Shown here: piece by piece, positions 1 to 8,014 of the stretch
Layout of the letters: each line of letters starts with the position of its first letter
Numbering within the stretch: the first letter of the stretch is position 1
Assembly (NCBI GenBank): GCA_046861655.1
Contig: JBHIAI010000019.1
Location: forward strand, 1-21,063
Origin: Fidelibacterota bacterium
GTDB lineage: Bacteria > Fidelibacterota > Marinisomatia > Marinisomatales > S15-B10
DNA length: 21,063 nucleotides
Direction: 5' to 3'
Position numbers and translations under genes: made by a program
The notes under the pieces: generated by a model
What the model saw: only the letters and a program-made list of their open reading frames with translations
Database searches by the model: none
What the model was told of the DNA's origin: nothing

Positions 1-1
1 G

Positions 2-109
2 GCCATCACGGAAGGGAAACTCCATTTCGGGCCGTGGGAACAGATCTTCTACGGGGAGTTTGACGGTCACCGGAGGAAGCGGGTTCTGATCAAGATCATC
101 GGACAGTAA
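2..109 (+). CDS. yjbQ: 3' end of YjbQ/UPF0047 family protein (secondary thiamine-phosphate synthase-like), truncated by window start
   Basis: Frame 2 translated by hand: [35 protein letters not shown]. This matches the GxWxxIFxxEFDG C-terminal signature of the family. Confidence 0.85.
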   Translation, partial: AITEGKLHFGPWEQIFYGEFDGHRRKRVLIKIIGQ

Positions 110-118
110 GGGTGAAGT

Positions 119-889
119 ATGATTGAGGTGGAGCATCTGAGGAAGGAGTTCAAGCTCACCCGGAGGGTCCGCCGGGAAATGGGGGAAGACTTCCGGAGTG
201 CCACCACGATTTCCGCGGTGGATGATGTGAGCTTTCAGTGTGCACCGGGGAGAGTCTTTGGACTCATCGGACCCAACGGGGCGGGAAACACGACCGTGCT
301 GCGCTTGATCGCCACCATGCTCAGACCCACCTCAGGAAGGATTACGGTGGCAGGATTTGATACCCAGACCCATCCGGAGAAAGTGAGAGGGCAGATCGGG
401 TTCATGACCGGTCAGACCGCCCTGTATGACCGTCTGACACCAGAGGAGATGATCCGGTATATGGCGGATCTGCATGACATGAGTAGACCGGATTTTGTAA
501 AGAGTAAAGAGAAACTTTTCTCGGTGCTTGGAATGCACGAATTCGCCCGGCGGAGGATCGCCCGCCTGAGTTCCGGGATGAAGCAGAAAGTCTCTATCGC
601 CCGGACCATCATTCACGACCCGGACGTGGTGGTGTTCGATGAACCTACCTCAGGGCTTGATGTCATGACCTCCCGGGCAATCATGGATCTGATCCGGTCG
701 TGCCGGGAGGGTGGAAAAACAGTGATCTTTTCCACTCACCGGATGGGAGAGGTGAACCTGATCTGCGACGATGTGGCCATCATCCATCAGGGAAGGCTGT
801 ACTTTAAGGGGACACTGAAAGGATTTGAATCGAGTATGACCCACGAGACATTCGAGGATGAGTTTGTTCATCTGGTTGGAGAAGCATAA
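119..889 (+). CDS. natA: ABC transporter ATP-binding protein, NatA-like (Na+ efflux type)
   Basis: Walker A-like GPNGAGNTT (K->N), signature LSSGMKQK, Walker B VVVFDEP, H-loop STH. Lies upstream of a NatB-like permease. Confidence 0.85.
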   Translation: MIEVEHLRKEFKLTRRVRREMGEDFRSATTISAVDDVSFQCAPGRVFGLIGPNGAGNTTVLRLIATMLRPTSGRITVAGFDTQTHPEKVRGQIGFMTGQTALYDRLTPEEMIRYMADLHDMSRPDFVKSKEKLFSVLGMHEFARRRIARLSSGMKQKVSIARTIIHDPDVVVFDEPTSGLDVMTSRAIMDLIRSCREGGKTVIFSTHRMGEVNLICDDVAIIHQGRLYFKGTLKGFESSMTHETFEDEFVHLVGEA

Positions 890-914
890 CCACGGATTAC
901 AAGGATTACACGAA
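888..914. repeat. Short degenerate 9-mer tandem repeat (cacggatta caaggatta cacgaa) between natA and natB
   Basis: Read directly: aaccacggattacaaggattacacgaa. Confidence 0.55.
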
Positions 915-932
915 GCTGGCTAAGGTGCTAGG

Positions 933-2126
933 ATGAAGAAGACGGCCGTCATTTTCAGGAAGGAATTGAAGGACACCCTGAGGGACCGGCGTACTCTCAT
1001 GATGATGGTGGTTATGCCCCTGGTGGTGGTGCCGCTGCTGATCACTGTGGTGGTGAAAATCCAGCAGGGCCAGATGGAAAAAGCGGAGGCGAAACGCCTG
1101 ACAGTTGCCTTTATCGGAAGAGAACACGTTCCAGAGCTGTACAAGCGGTTCGAAAGCGACAGGCGATTCACGGTGATGGAAGAGTGGATTGAGGATACCC
1201 TTGTGGCCAGGACCCTATCCGGGGAGCTGGATGGCGGGGTGATCGTGACGGAGGAATTTCCCCAACGGATCGCCCGTGACAGACAGGGGACCATCAAGAT
1301 CATCTACAAAACGTCCGATGCTTTCGGAACCACAGAGAGGAAACTGTCAGAAGTCATTGAAGCCTATGACAGCAGTCTTGTTGCCCTGAGAATCGAACGA
1401 CTTAATCTCGACAGGGACCTGTTTGACGCCATCTCCATCCAGAAAATGGATGTGGCCTCCGCGAAGGAGAAGATAGGAAAACTGGCGGGGGGATACCTTC
1501 CCTATCTGTTCATCATCTTCGGTTTCATGGGAGCCATGTATCCCGGGATCGACCTGGGAGCGGGGGAGAAGGAACGGGGGACCCTGGAAACGCTTCTATC
1601 TTCACCGGCCAGCCGGCTGCAAATCGTGATGGGGAAATTTCTGGTGATCATGCTGGCGGGGGTGGCTACCGCCCTGATCGCCATGGTAGGTCTGTATGCT
1701 GCGGTGCGAAGGTTCCCTGAAATCCCGCCGGAGATATTCGATGTCATCATGGATATGCTGGGACTCAGGATGGTATTCATGGTGCTGACCCTGTTGATTC
1801 CCATCGCCGCCTTTTTTGCCGCTGTTATTCTAAGTCTCTCCGTTTTTGCCCGGTCTTTCAAGGAAGCCCAGAGCATTATCGCCCCCCTCAATATCGCCAT
1901 CATTTTTCCGGCCCTTATCGGTACCCTGCCGGGGATTGAGCTTGACGCAGGGACGGCACTGGTCCCCATCCTGAACGTTTCCCTGGCGACCAAGGATATG
2001 CTGGCGGGAACCATCAACCCGGTGTACCTGGTGGAAGTGTACCTGTCGCTGTTTGTGATCGCGGCGTTGAGTATCTGGGGGTGTGTGAAGTGGTTCAACC
2101 GGGAGGAGACGCTGTTTCGAAGCTGA
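933..2126 (+). CDS. natB: ABC-2 type permease, NatB-like
   Basis: N-terminal FRKELKDTLRDRRTL, one TM helix, an extracytoplasmic loop, the AGEKERGTLETLLSSP motif, ARSFKEAQ and several C-terminal TM helices. Confidence 0.88.
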   Translation: MKKTAVIFRKELKDTLRDRRTLMMMVVMPLVVVPLLITVVVKIQQGQMEKAEAKRLTVAFIGREHVPELYKRFESDRRFTVMEEWIEDTLVARTLSGELDGGVIVTEEFPQRIARDRQGTIKIIYKTSDAFGTTERKLSEVIEAYDSSLVALRIERLNLDRDLFDAISIQKMDVASAKEKIGKLAGGYLPYLFIIFGFMGAMYPGIDLGAGEKERGTLETLLSSPASRLQIVMGKFLVIMLAGVATALIAMVGLYAAVRRFPEIPPEIFDVIMDMLGLRMVFMVLTLLIPIAAFFAAVILSLSVFARSFKEAQSIIAPLNIAIIFPALIGTLPGIELDAGTALVPILNVSLATKDMLAGTINPVYLVEVYLSLFVIAALSIWGCVKWFNREETLFRS

Positions 2127-2184
2127 GTCCTTCCAGGGTCTTCCTTTCTTCATAAACCAAAACCGAAGTTTTCCGCTGGCCCCA

Positions 2185-2223
2185 GGGGTGTCGATTTCCC
2201 TCAGGGAAAAGATGTTTTTGTAC
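2185..2223 (-). repeat. Fragment of the structured intergenic repeat family (see 10821-11228)
   Basis: 2205-2223 ggaaaagatgtttttgtac matches the reverse complement of 10821-10839 at 18/19. 2192-2200 cgatttccc is the reverse complement of 11213-11221. Contains the inverted repeat tttccct-c-agggaaa (2195-2209). Confidence 0.6.
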
Positions 2224-2260
2224 CGTTTTCGTCCTAGTTAGGGATATTCAGTCTTTCCTA

Positions 2261-2289
2261 TTGACGTTATACGTTATAGGCTGTATTTT
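2261..2289 (+). promoter_or_regulatory. sigma70-type higBA promoter with overlapping palindromic operator; probably leaderless
   Basis: TTGACG (2261-2266), 17-nt spacer, TATTTT (2284-2289). Imperfect palindrome tgacgt-tat-acgtta (2262-2276). The GTG start is 5 nt after the -10 box and has no SD. Confidence 0.6.
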
Positions 2290-2294
2290 TCCTC

Positions 2295-2576
2295 GTGATA
2301 AGATCGTTTAAGTCCAAGGAAACGGAAAAAATATTCGAACGGATTTTCTCCCGAAAGTATCCCCAGAACATTCAAAAGGTGGCGTTTCGAAAACTGCGAA
2401 TGCTCAACCGTGCTGAGTCTCTCCGGGACTTGCGTGTCCCCCCCTCGAATAGACTGGAAGCCCTATCAGGAGACAGAAAAGGACAACACAGCATACGTAT
2501 CAATGATCAATGGAGAATTTGTTTTGAGTGGAATATAGGGGAAGTCATCAATGTCGAAATCACGGACTACCACTAG
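2295..2576 (+). CDS. higB: Type II TA toxin, RelE/ParE superfamily HigB (plasmid maintenance killer type)
   Basis: MIRSFK..ETEKIF, DLRVPPSNRLEALSGDRKGQHSIRINDQWRICFEW, C-terminal EITDYH. Confidence 0.95.
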   Translation: MIRSFKSKETEKIFERIFSRKYPQNIQKVAFRKLRMLNRAESLRDLRVPPSNRLEALSGDRKGQHSIRINDQWRICFEWNIGEVINVEITDYH

Positions 2577-2586
2577 GAGGTCACAA

Positions 2587-2883
2587 ATGATGCCTAAGAG
2601 AATCCCGCCCGTTCACCCCGGTGAGATACTCCTTGAGGAGTTTATGAAGCCCATGGGATTGAGCCAGAACAGGCTGGCGAACGACCTGGGTGTTCCGCCC
2701 CGCAGAATCAATGAAATTGTGCTGGGAAAACGGAGAATCACAGCGGACACCGCCCTTCGCCTGGCTCACTATTTTGCCATGTCCCCACAGTTTTGGCTTG
2801 GTTTACAAATGGACTACGACCTGGATGTTGAAGAGGACAGGCTCTCCGAGAGATTAGAAAAAGAAGTGAAAGTTCATGCGTGA
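2587..2883 (+). CDS. higA: HigA antitoxin (HTH-XRE/VapI family)
   Basis: PPVHPGEILLEEF, RINEIVLGKRRITADTALRLA, FWLGLQMDYDL. Start moved to ATG 2587 (or 2590), downstream of GGAGGT at 2576-2581. Confidence 0.95.
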   Translation: MMPKRIPPVHPGEILLEEFMKPMGLSQNRLANDLGVPPRRINEIVLGKRRITADTALRLAHYFAMSPQFWLGLQMDYDLDVEEDRLSERLEKEVKVHA

Positions 2884-2925
2884 TAATCGGACAGTCACGC
2901 GTCCTAATCTGCGGCTCAGCCAACA

Positions 2926-3095
2926 CCTCTTCCGCCAACTCATTTAAGGCCGCGTTCTTATTCTCCTGATGTTTTGTCGCCTTCGGGGAGTCAGAAGAAC
3001 ACGGCTGAAGTGAGCGGAGGGGGAGAGGATCTTCTGTTTGGTCCCGCCGGGGCGGGACGGAAAAAATGGCTTCTTAGTAGAGACGAACTGGGTGC
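2926..3095 (-). repeat. Degenerate, internally deleted copy of the structured repeat at 10858-11126, in inverted orientation
   Basis: Collinear reverse-complement matches: 2945-2956 to 11094-11105 (12/12), 2974-2983 to 11061-11070 (10/10), 3027-3034 to 10930-10937, and palindrome gtcccgcc-gg-ggcgggac (3041-3058) to 10892-10909. Confidence 0.8.
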
Positions 3096-3243
3096 CGGTT
3101 CCCCTGGCGGATAATATTTTCCCAAAAGCCCAACATCCACAGGAATCGAACCACCCATCAGGATTAACAACTGGATTTTCCTCGGTGCAGTCGTAAATTT
3201 TTCGCGCGTTTTCGAGGAGCTCCTCAGAAGCGAAACTAAGATC

Positions 3244-5526
3244 ATGGCCGACCGACCCCTCATAGTCGTAGAATCTCCGTCGAAGGCCCGGACCATCACC
3301 CGGTACCTCAAAAAGCAGTATCAGGTCATGGCCTGCAACGGTCACATCAAGGATCTTCCAGAAAAACACCTGGGGATAGACATCCCCAACAACTTCAAAC
3401 CCACCTACGTAGTCCTCCCGAAAAAGTCCCGCATCATTAAGCAGATCAAGGAAAAAGCCCGGACCGCCCCCATGGTGCTCATCGCCACCGACCCCGACAG
3501 GGAAGGAGAAGCCATCGCCTGGCACCTGGCCTCAGAGCTCAACGGAGATTCGAAAAAAATCAAACGGGCCCTTTTCCGGGAAATCACACCTACGGGGATT
3601 GAGGAAGGGATGGAAAACCTCAGGGGTGTGGACATGAATCTTGTGGATGCCCAGCAGGCCCGTCGCATCATCGACAGGCTGGTGGGATTTAAGGTGTCCG
3701 AGTTTCTGTGGGCTGTACTGTTCAACGGCTTGAGCGCCGGCCGGGTTCAGTCCGTTGCTCTCCGGCTGGTCTGCGAACGACACCGGGAAATTGTCGCCTT
3801 CAAACCCAGGGAATACTGGTCGATCGATGTGGATTTTCAGACCCGGTCCAATGAGATTTTCACCGCACAACTCTATCGCGTGAATGGGAAAAAACCCGAC
3901 CTTCCCGACGAGAAGACTGTCAGAGAAATCACCGCCGGTCTGGAGGGACTCTCCTACCGCGTCGATTCCATCGAACGGAAAAAGGTCAAGAAAAGACCCT
4001 ATCCTCCCTTCATTACCAGCACTCTCCAACAGGAAGCGGCCACCCGCTTGAGACTCTCTCCTGCCAGGACCATGCGTATGGCCCAGAAACTCTACGAGGG
4101 GATAGACATTGGGGAAGGGGAACCTACTGGGCTCATTACGTACATGAGAACTGACTCCACCCGCGTTTCCAGCGCAGCCGTAAAGAACGCCCGGGAGGTA
4201 GTCACCCGTGAATTCGGCTCTGAATATCTCCCATCCAAACCTCCGGCGTATCCGCCGGCACCACTCCGCGGGACCAAGAAAAGCGGGGCCGGCGGAAAGA
4301 CGAAACCGGTCCAGGGAGCTCACGAGGCCATCCGGCCCACCGATCCTTCCCTCAAGCCCCAGGATTTGAAAGACAAACTGGAAAAAAGCGAGTTCAATCT
4401 CTACCGCCTGATCTGGCAGCGCTTCATAGCCAGCCAGATGACTCCCATGGTCCTGGACCAGACTACCATTCAGGTGCTCGCTTCGGGAGGAGCTCCTGGT
4501 GGAGAAGGGGGAGTCCCGACGGGAGAAGGCGGTCCAGACCAGCGTGCCCCGGAGGGGCCTGCAGAGTATCTGTTCCGGTCAACGGGTTCCGTGGTGGCGT
4601 TTGAAGGATTCCGAAAGGTTTATCCGTCAAAGGAAAAGACTGGGGAGTCCAGTATCCCGTCCAAGATTTCTGAAGGGGAACAGGTGGATAGACTGGACGT
4701 GAAACCTGAACAGCATTTTACCAAACCGCCCCCTTACTTTTCAGACAGTTCCTTGATTAAGGAACTGGATAAGGAAGGAATCGGAAGACCCAGTACTTTT
4801 GCCGAGATCGTTTCCCGTCTGCACAAGCGGGAATATGTGAAAAAGGAAAAAGGCAAACTCATTCCCACTGAAACCGGGTTGATCGTCAACGATATTCTCA
4901 CCCAAAACCTGCCGGACATTTTTGACGTGGGCTTCACGGCGAGAATGGAACAAGAACTGGATGAAATTGAGAACGGCCAGCAGGATTATCTGCAGGTTCT
5001 TAATGACTTCTACCGGCCCTTTCACACATCCATGGAGGATGTCTACGGTCGCAAACGTGAAATCAAATCCAGTCTCGCCGAGTCTGCCGGCGAAGTGTGC
5101 GAAAAATGCGGCAGTCCCATGGTGATCAAATGGAACCGACGGGGCCAGAAATTCATAGCCTGTTCCGCTTTCCCCGAATGCAGGAATACGAAATCCCTTT
5201 CAGGGGATCCCGCCGGGTCCGGGCAACCCGTGGACCGGACATGCCCCGAATGCGGAAGCCAACTTCGGCTGAGAACCGGACGGTACGGACGGTACCTGGG
5301 CTGTTCCAACTACCCCGAATGCCGGCACACCGAACCCGTTTCAACGGGCATTATGTGCCCGAAGCCCGGCTGTGAGGGCGAGATTGTGGAGCGAACCAGC
5401 AAGAAGAGAAAAACTTTCTACGGCTGCAGCCGGTATCCCGACTGCGACTATGCCTCCTGGTACAAGCCTATTCTTCACACCTGTGAACAATGCGGACATC
5501 ACTTCGTGGAGGAAAGAACCACTTGA
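3244..5526 (+). CDS. topA: DNA topoisomerase I (type IA) with C-terminal C4 zinc ribbons; reading frame continues past the TGA to 5619
   Basis: TOPRIM IVESPSKA and ATDPDREGEAI, SAGRVQS, active-site LITYMRTDS, AHEAIRPT, GIGRPST, and repeated CxxC..C..YPxC zinc ribbons. Confidence 0.97.
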   Translation: MADRPLIVVESPSKARTITRYLKKQYQVMACNGHIKDLPEKHLGIDIPNNFKPTYVVLPKKSRIIKQIKEKARTAPMVLIATDPDREGEAIAWHLASELNGDSKKIKRALFREITPTGIEEGMENLRGVDMNLVDAQQARRIIDRLVGFKVSEFLWAVLFNGLSAGRVQSVALRLVCERHREIVAFKPREYWSIDVDFQTRSNEIFTAQLYRVNGKKPDLPDEKTVREITAGLEGLSYRVDSIERKKVKKRPYPPFITSTLQQEAATRLRLSPARTMRMAQKLYEGIDIGEGEPTGLITYMRTDSTRVSSAAVKNAREVVTREFGSEYLPSKPPAYPPAPLRGTKKSGAGGKTKPVQGAHEAIRPTDPSLKPQDLKDKLEKSEFNLYRLIWQRFIASQMTPMVLDQTTIQVLASGGAPGGEGGVPTGEGGPDQRAPEGPAEYLFRSTGSVVAFEGFRKVYPSKEKTGESSIPSKISEGEQVDRLDVKPEQHFTKPPPYFSDSSLIKELDKEGIGRPSTFAEIVSRLHKREYVKKEKGKLIPTETGLIVNDILTQNLPDIFDVGFTARMEQELDEIENGQQDYLQVLNDFYRPFHTSMEDVYGRKREIKSSLAESAGEVCEKCGSPMVIKWNRRGQKFIACSAFPECRNTKSLSGDPAGSGQPVDRTCPECGSQLRLRTGRYGRYLGCSNYPECRHTEPVSTGIMCPKPGCEGEIVERTSKKRKTFYGCSRYPDCDYASWYKPILHTCEQCGHHFVEERTT
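4251..4296. repeat. Palindromic element inserted in frame in topA
   Basis: 9-bp perfect inverted repeat tccgccggc (4251-4259) / gccggcgga (4288-4296). It encloses gcgggaccaagaaaa (4268-4282), identical to 10903-10917. Confidence 0.7.
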
Positions 5527-5664
5527 GACGGGAAAACGTATTACCTGTGTCCCGAATGCAAGCACCGGAATGAAAGATTGGCCGAGAAGGTTCAGGAAGA
5601 GGATGCCCGTGAACCTTGAGGTCGAAGATCCCGGTGGATTGTACCGGGAGAGGAGAACATTGCC

Positions 5665-6099
5665 ATGACGCTACGGCTTGCTTTGGTGACCGTACTTCTG
5701 CCACTGGCCGTCCTGGCCTCGGAAAAGGAGGAAGCCATGATCAGGAATCTCGAGAGAACCCTGATGGCATCCTGCTTTCATGGCACCGTGGCTGAACACG
5801 GAAATGCACAGATGGAAAAAGAGATTCGTGATTTTGTCTACCAGGGAAAGACAAAACAGGATATCATAGATTATTATGTGGGCATCTACGGGGAACGTAT
5901 CCTGGCTGCCCCCAGAGCCCGGGGATTCAACCTGGCGGCCTGGTTGGCGCCGGCCCTTGTGTTCCTTGCGGGCGTGGCCATTCTGCTGGTTTATATAAGA
6001 CATCGCTCCGGGGAGCCGGAACCTCCCCCCCCGCCGGATGAAACCACAAAAACACCCTTTGACGATATCGTCGAACGGGAGCTCGAAGAGCTTGAATGA
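5665..6099 (+). CDS. ccmH: CcmH/NrfF-like cytochrome c maturation protein with only one Cys
   Basis: Signal peptide, LMASCFHG at the usual LRCxxC position, IIDYYVGIYGERILAAP..GFNLAAWLAP then a TM helix. SD GAGGAG upstream. Confidence 0.75.
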   Translation: MTLRLALVTVLLPLAVLASEKEEAMIRNLERTLMASCFHGTVAEHGNAQMEKEIRDFVYQGKTKQDIIDYYVGIYGERILAAPRARGFNLAAWLAPALVFLAGVAILLVYIRHRSGEPEPPPPPDETTKTPFDDIVERELEELE

Positions 6100-6182
6100 T
6101 GGAGAGCTGGGAACGTAGGGAGGACGTGATTTGACGGCTCCTACCGATTCTCCGCCGTCAGAATAGCCGACGAAGGTTTGTG

Positions 6183-7481
6183 ATGAACAGAACGATGGAT
6201 AAACTGATATCACTCTGCAAACGGCGGGGATTCATTTTTCAGAGTTCGGAGATTTACGGGGGCCTGGAAGCAACTTATGACTACGGACCCCTGGGTGTGG
6301 AACTGAAGAACAACATCAAACAAATCTGGTGGCGGGACATGGTGACCTCCCGGCCGGACGTGGTGGGAATGGACTCGGCCATCCTTATGCACCCCAGGGT
6401 TTGGGAAGCCAGCGGGCACATAGAGGAATTCCACGATCCCATGGTGGACTGCAAACAGTGCCAATCCCGCTACAGGGCCGATTCCGTCGACCTGGACAAA
6501 CCCTGTCCGAAATGCGGCAGCAAAGACTGGACCCAGCCCCGTCAGTTCAACCTGATGCTGAAAACCCATTACGGTCCTTCGGAAGATTCCTCTTCCCTTA
6601 TCTACTTTCGGCCCGAGACAGCCCAGGGAATTTTTGTCAACTTCGTCAATGCCCAGTCCACAGCCAGAATGAAGATCCCCTTCGGTATCGCCCAGATCGG
6701 CAAGGCCTTCCGAAATGAGATTACTACCGGAAACTTTCTGTTTCGCACCCGGGAATTCGAGCAGATGGAACTGGAGTACTTCGTCCAGCCTGAGGAATCG
6801 GGAAAGTGGTTGGACTACTGGGTACAGGCCCGGTTCGACTGGTACAGGAGTCTGGGTATCACCGAAAGCAGACTTCGACTCCGCCAGCACGAAAAGGACG
6901 AACTGGCTCACTACGCTAAGAGCTGCTACGACGTGGAATACGAATTCCCCTTCGGCTGGGCCGAACTGGAGGGTATTGCCGACCGGGGAACGTACGATCT
7001 CGACAGACACATGGAGTTCAGCGGAAAGAAACTGACCTGGTTCAACCCGGACTCCGAAGCCCACATCACCCCGGCTGTGGTGGAATCGTCCGCCGGTGTA
7101 GACCGGCCCGTTTTGATGGTCCTGACGGACGCCTATCACGAGGAGGAAGTAAGGGGAGAAAAGCGTTTGGTCCTGAAACTCAGTCCCGGACTGGCCCCTA
7201 CCAAAGTGGCTGTTTTCCCCCTGGTGAACCGGGACGGCATGCCCGACATCGCCCGGCGCATCTTCGACCATCTCCGGGGAAACTACTCCGCATTCTACGA
7301 CGATGGAGGATCCATCGGCCGTCGCTACCGTAGACAGGACGAAGCCGGAACGCCCTTCGCCATCACCGTGGACTCCCAGACCCTGGAAGATCAAACCGTC
7401 ACCGTCCGGAACAGGGACAGCATGGACCAGGAAAGGGTGGATTCGGACCGCCTAGGTCAGTACCTTCAGGAGAAGCTATGA
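6183..7481 (+). CDS. glyQS: Glycine--tRNA ligase, alpha2 (dimeric) type
   Basis: LCKRRGFIFQSSEIYGG, YDYGPLG, RPETAQGIF, FRNEIT..FLFRTREFEQME, anticodon domain GSIGRRYRRQDEAGTPF. Start is one of 6180/6183/6195. Confidence 0.97.
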   Translation: MNRTMDKLISLCKRRGFIFQSSEIYGGLEATYDYGPLGVELKNNIKQIWWRDMVTSRPDVVGMDSAILMHPRVWEASGHIEEFHDPMVDCKQCQSRYRADSVDLDKPCPKCGSKDWTQPRQFNLMLKTHYGPSEDSSSLIYFRPETAQGIFVNFVNAQSTARMKIPFGIAQIGKAFRNEITTGNFLFRTREFEQMELEYFVQPEESGKWLDYWVQARFDWYRSLGITESRLRLRQHEKDELAHYAKSCYDVEYEFPFGWAELEGIADRGTYDLDRHMEFSGKKLTWFNPDSEAHITPAVVESSAGVDRPVLMVLTDAYHEEEVRGEKRLVLKLSPGLAPTKVAVFPLVNRDGMPDIARRIFDHLRGNYSAFYDDGGSIGRRYRRQDEAGTPFAITVDSQTLEDQTVTVRNRDSMDQERVDSDRLGQYLQEKL

Positions 7482-8014
7482 GCGACTTTACCGATCGAAT
7501 CATCCGTTCCGCCAGACTCGATATCAGTCTCTACGAAGAAGTGGAATCCGACCCGGAAGCCATGCGACAGGCCATGACCGTGGTGGTCCTCTCCGGTGTG
7601 GCCGCGGGGCTCGGAAGCTTCGAAAATGCCGGTCTGGGCGGAATCCTGGCAGGATCGTTCGTTGCCCTGGTGGGATGGTTCATTTGGGCCTACCTCACCT
7701 ATTTCATCGGAACGAGATTCCTCCCTGAGCCCCAGACCCGGGCAGACTATGGCCAGCTCCTTAGAACCATCGGCTTCGCCAGCTCCCCCGGCCTGATTCG
7801 GGTCCTTGGCATCCTCCCCTTCTTGAGACCCGTAGTCTATCCCGTGGCAGCCATCTGGATGCTCGTCGCCATGATCATCGCCGTCAGGCAGGCCCTGGAC
7901 TACACCAGTACCTGGAGGGCCGTGGGAGTGTGCGTCATCGGCTGGTTTATCCAGTTGTTGATTCTAGCCCTTTTTATGTCTGTTATCGGTCCCCCGGCTC
8001 AACCCGCGCCGTGA
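7478..8014 (+). CDS. Yip1 family membrane protein
   Basis: [35 protein letters not shown], about 5 TM helices. ATGA overlap with the glyQS stop. Confidence 0.8.
   Translation: MSDFTDRIIRSARLDISLYEEVESDPEAMRQAMTVVVLSGVAAGLGSFENAGLGGILAGSFVALVGWFIWAYLTYFIGTRFLPEPQTRADYGQLLRTIGFASSPGLIRVLGILPFLRPVVYPVAAIWMLVAMIIAVRQALDYTSTWRAVGVCVIGWFIQLLILALFMSVIGPPAQPAP

Noticed and set aside
2944..3311. Minus-strand ORFs (193 and 106 aa) and ORFs at 10610-10973
   Set aside because: They run through topA antisense or repeat DNA. The shared peptide RPGGTK simply reflects the DNA palindrome.
5524..5526. Selenocysteine or genetic code 4/25 recoding of TGA
   Set aside because: The position is not a Cys site, and TGA is the evident stop of natB, higA, ccmH, glyQS and rarA.
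6100..6182. T-box or glycine riboswitch upstream of glyQS
   Set aside because: Only about 80 nt with one 7-bp stem (6132-6138/6154-6160), and no T-box or aptamer consensus.
6210..7394. 394-aa antisense ORF
   Set aside because: Shadow frame exactly opposite glyQS with no family motifs, typical of GC-rich codon bias. The same applies to the other long antisense ORFs over topA, lptD, rarA and natB.
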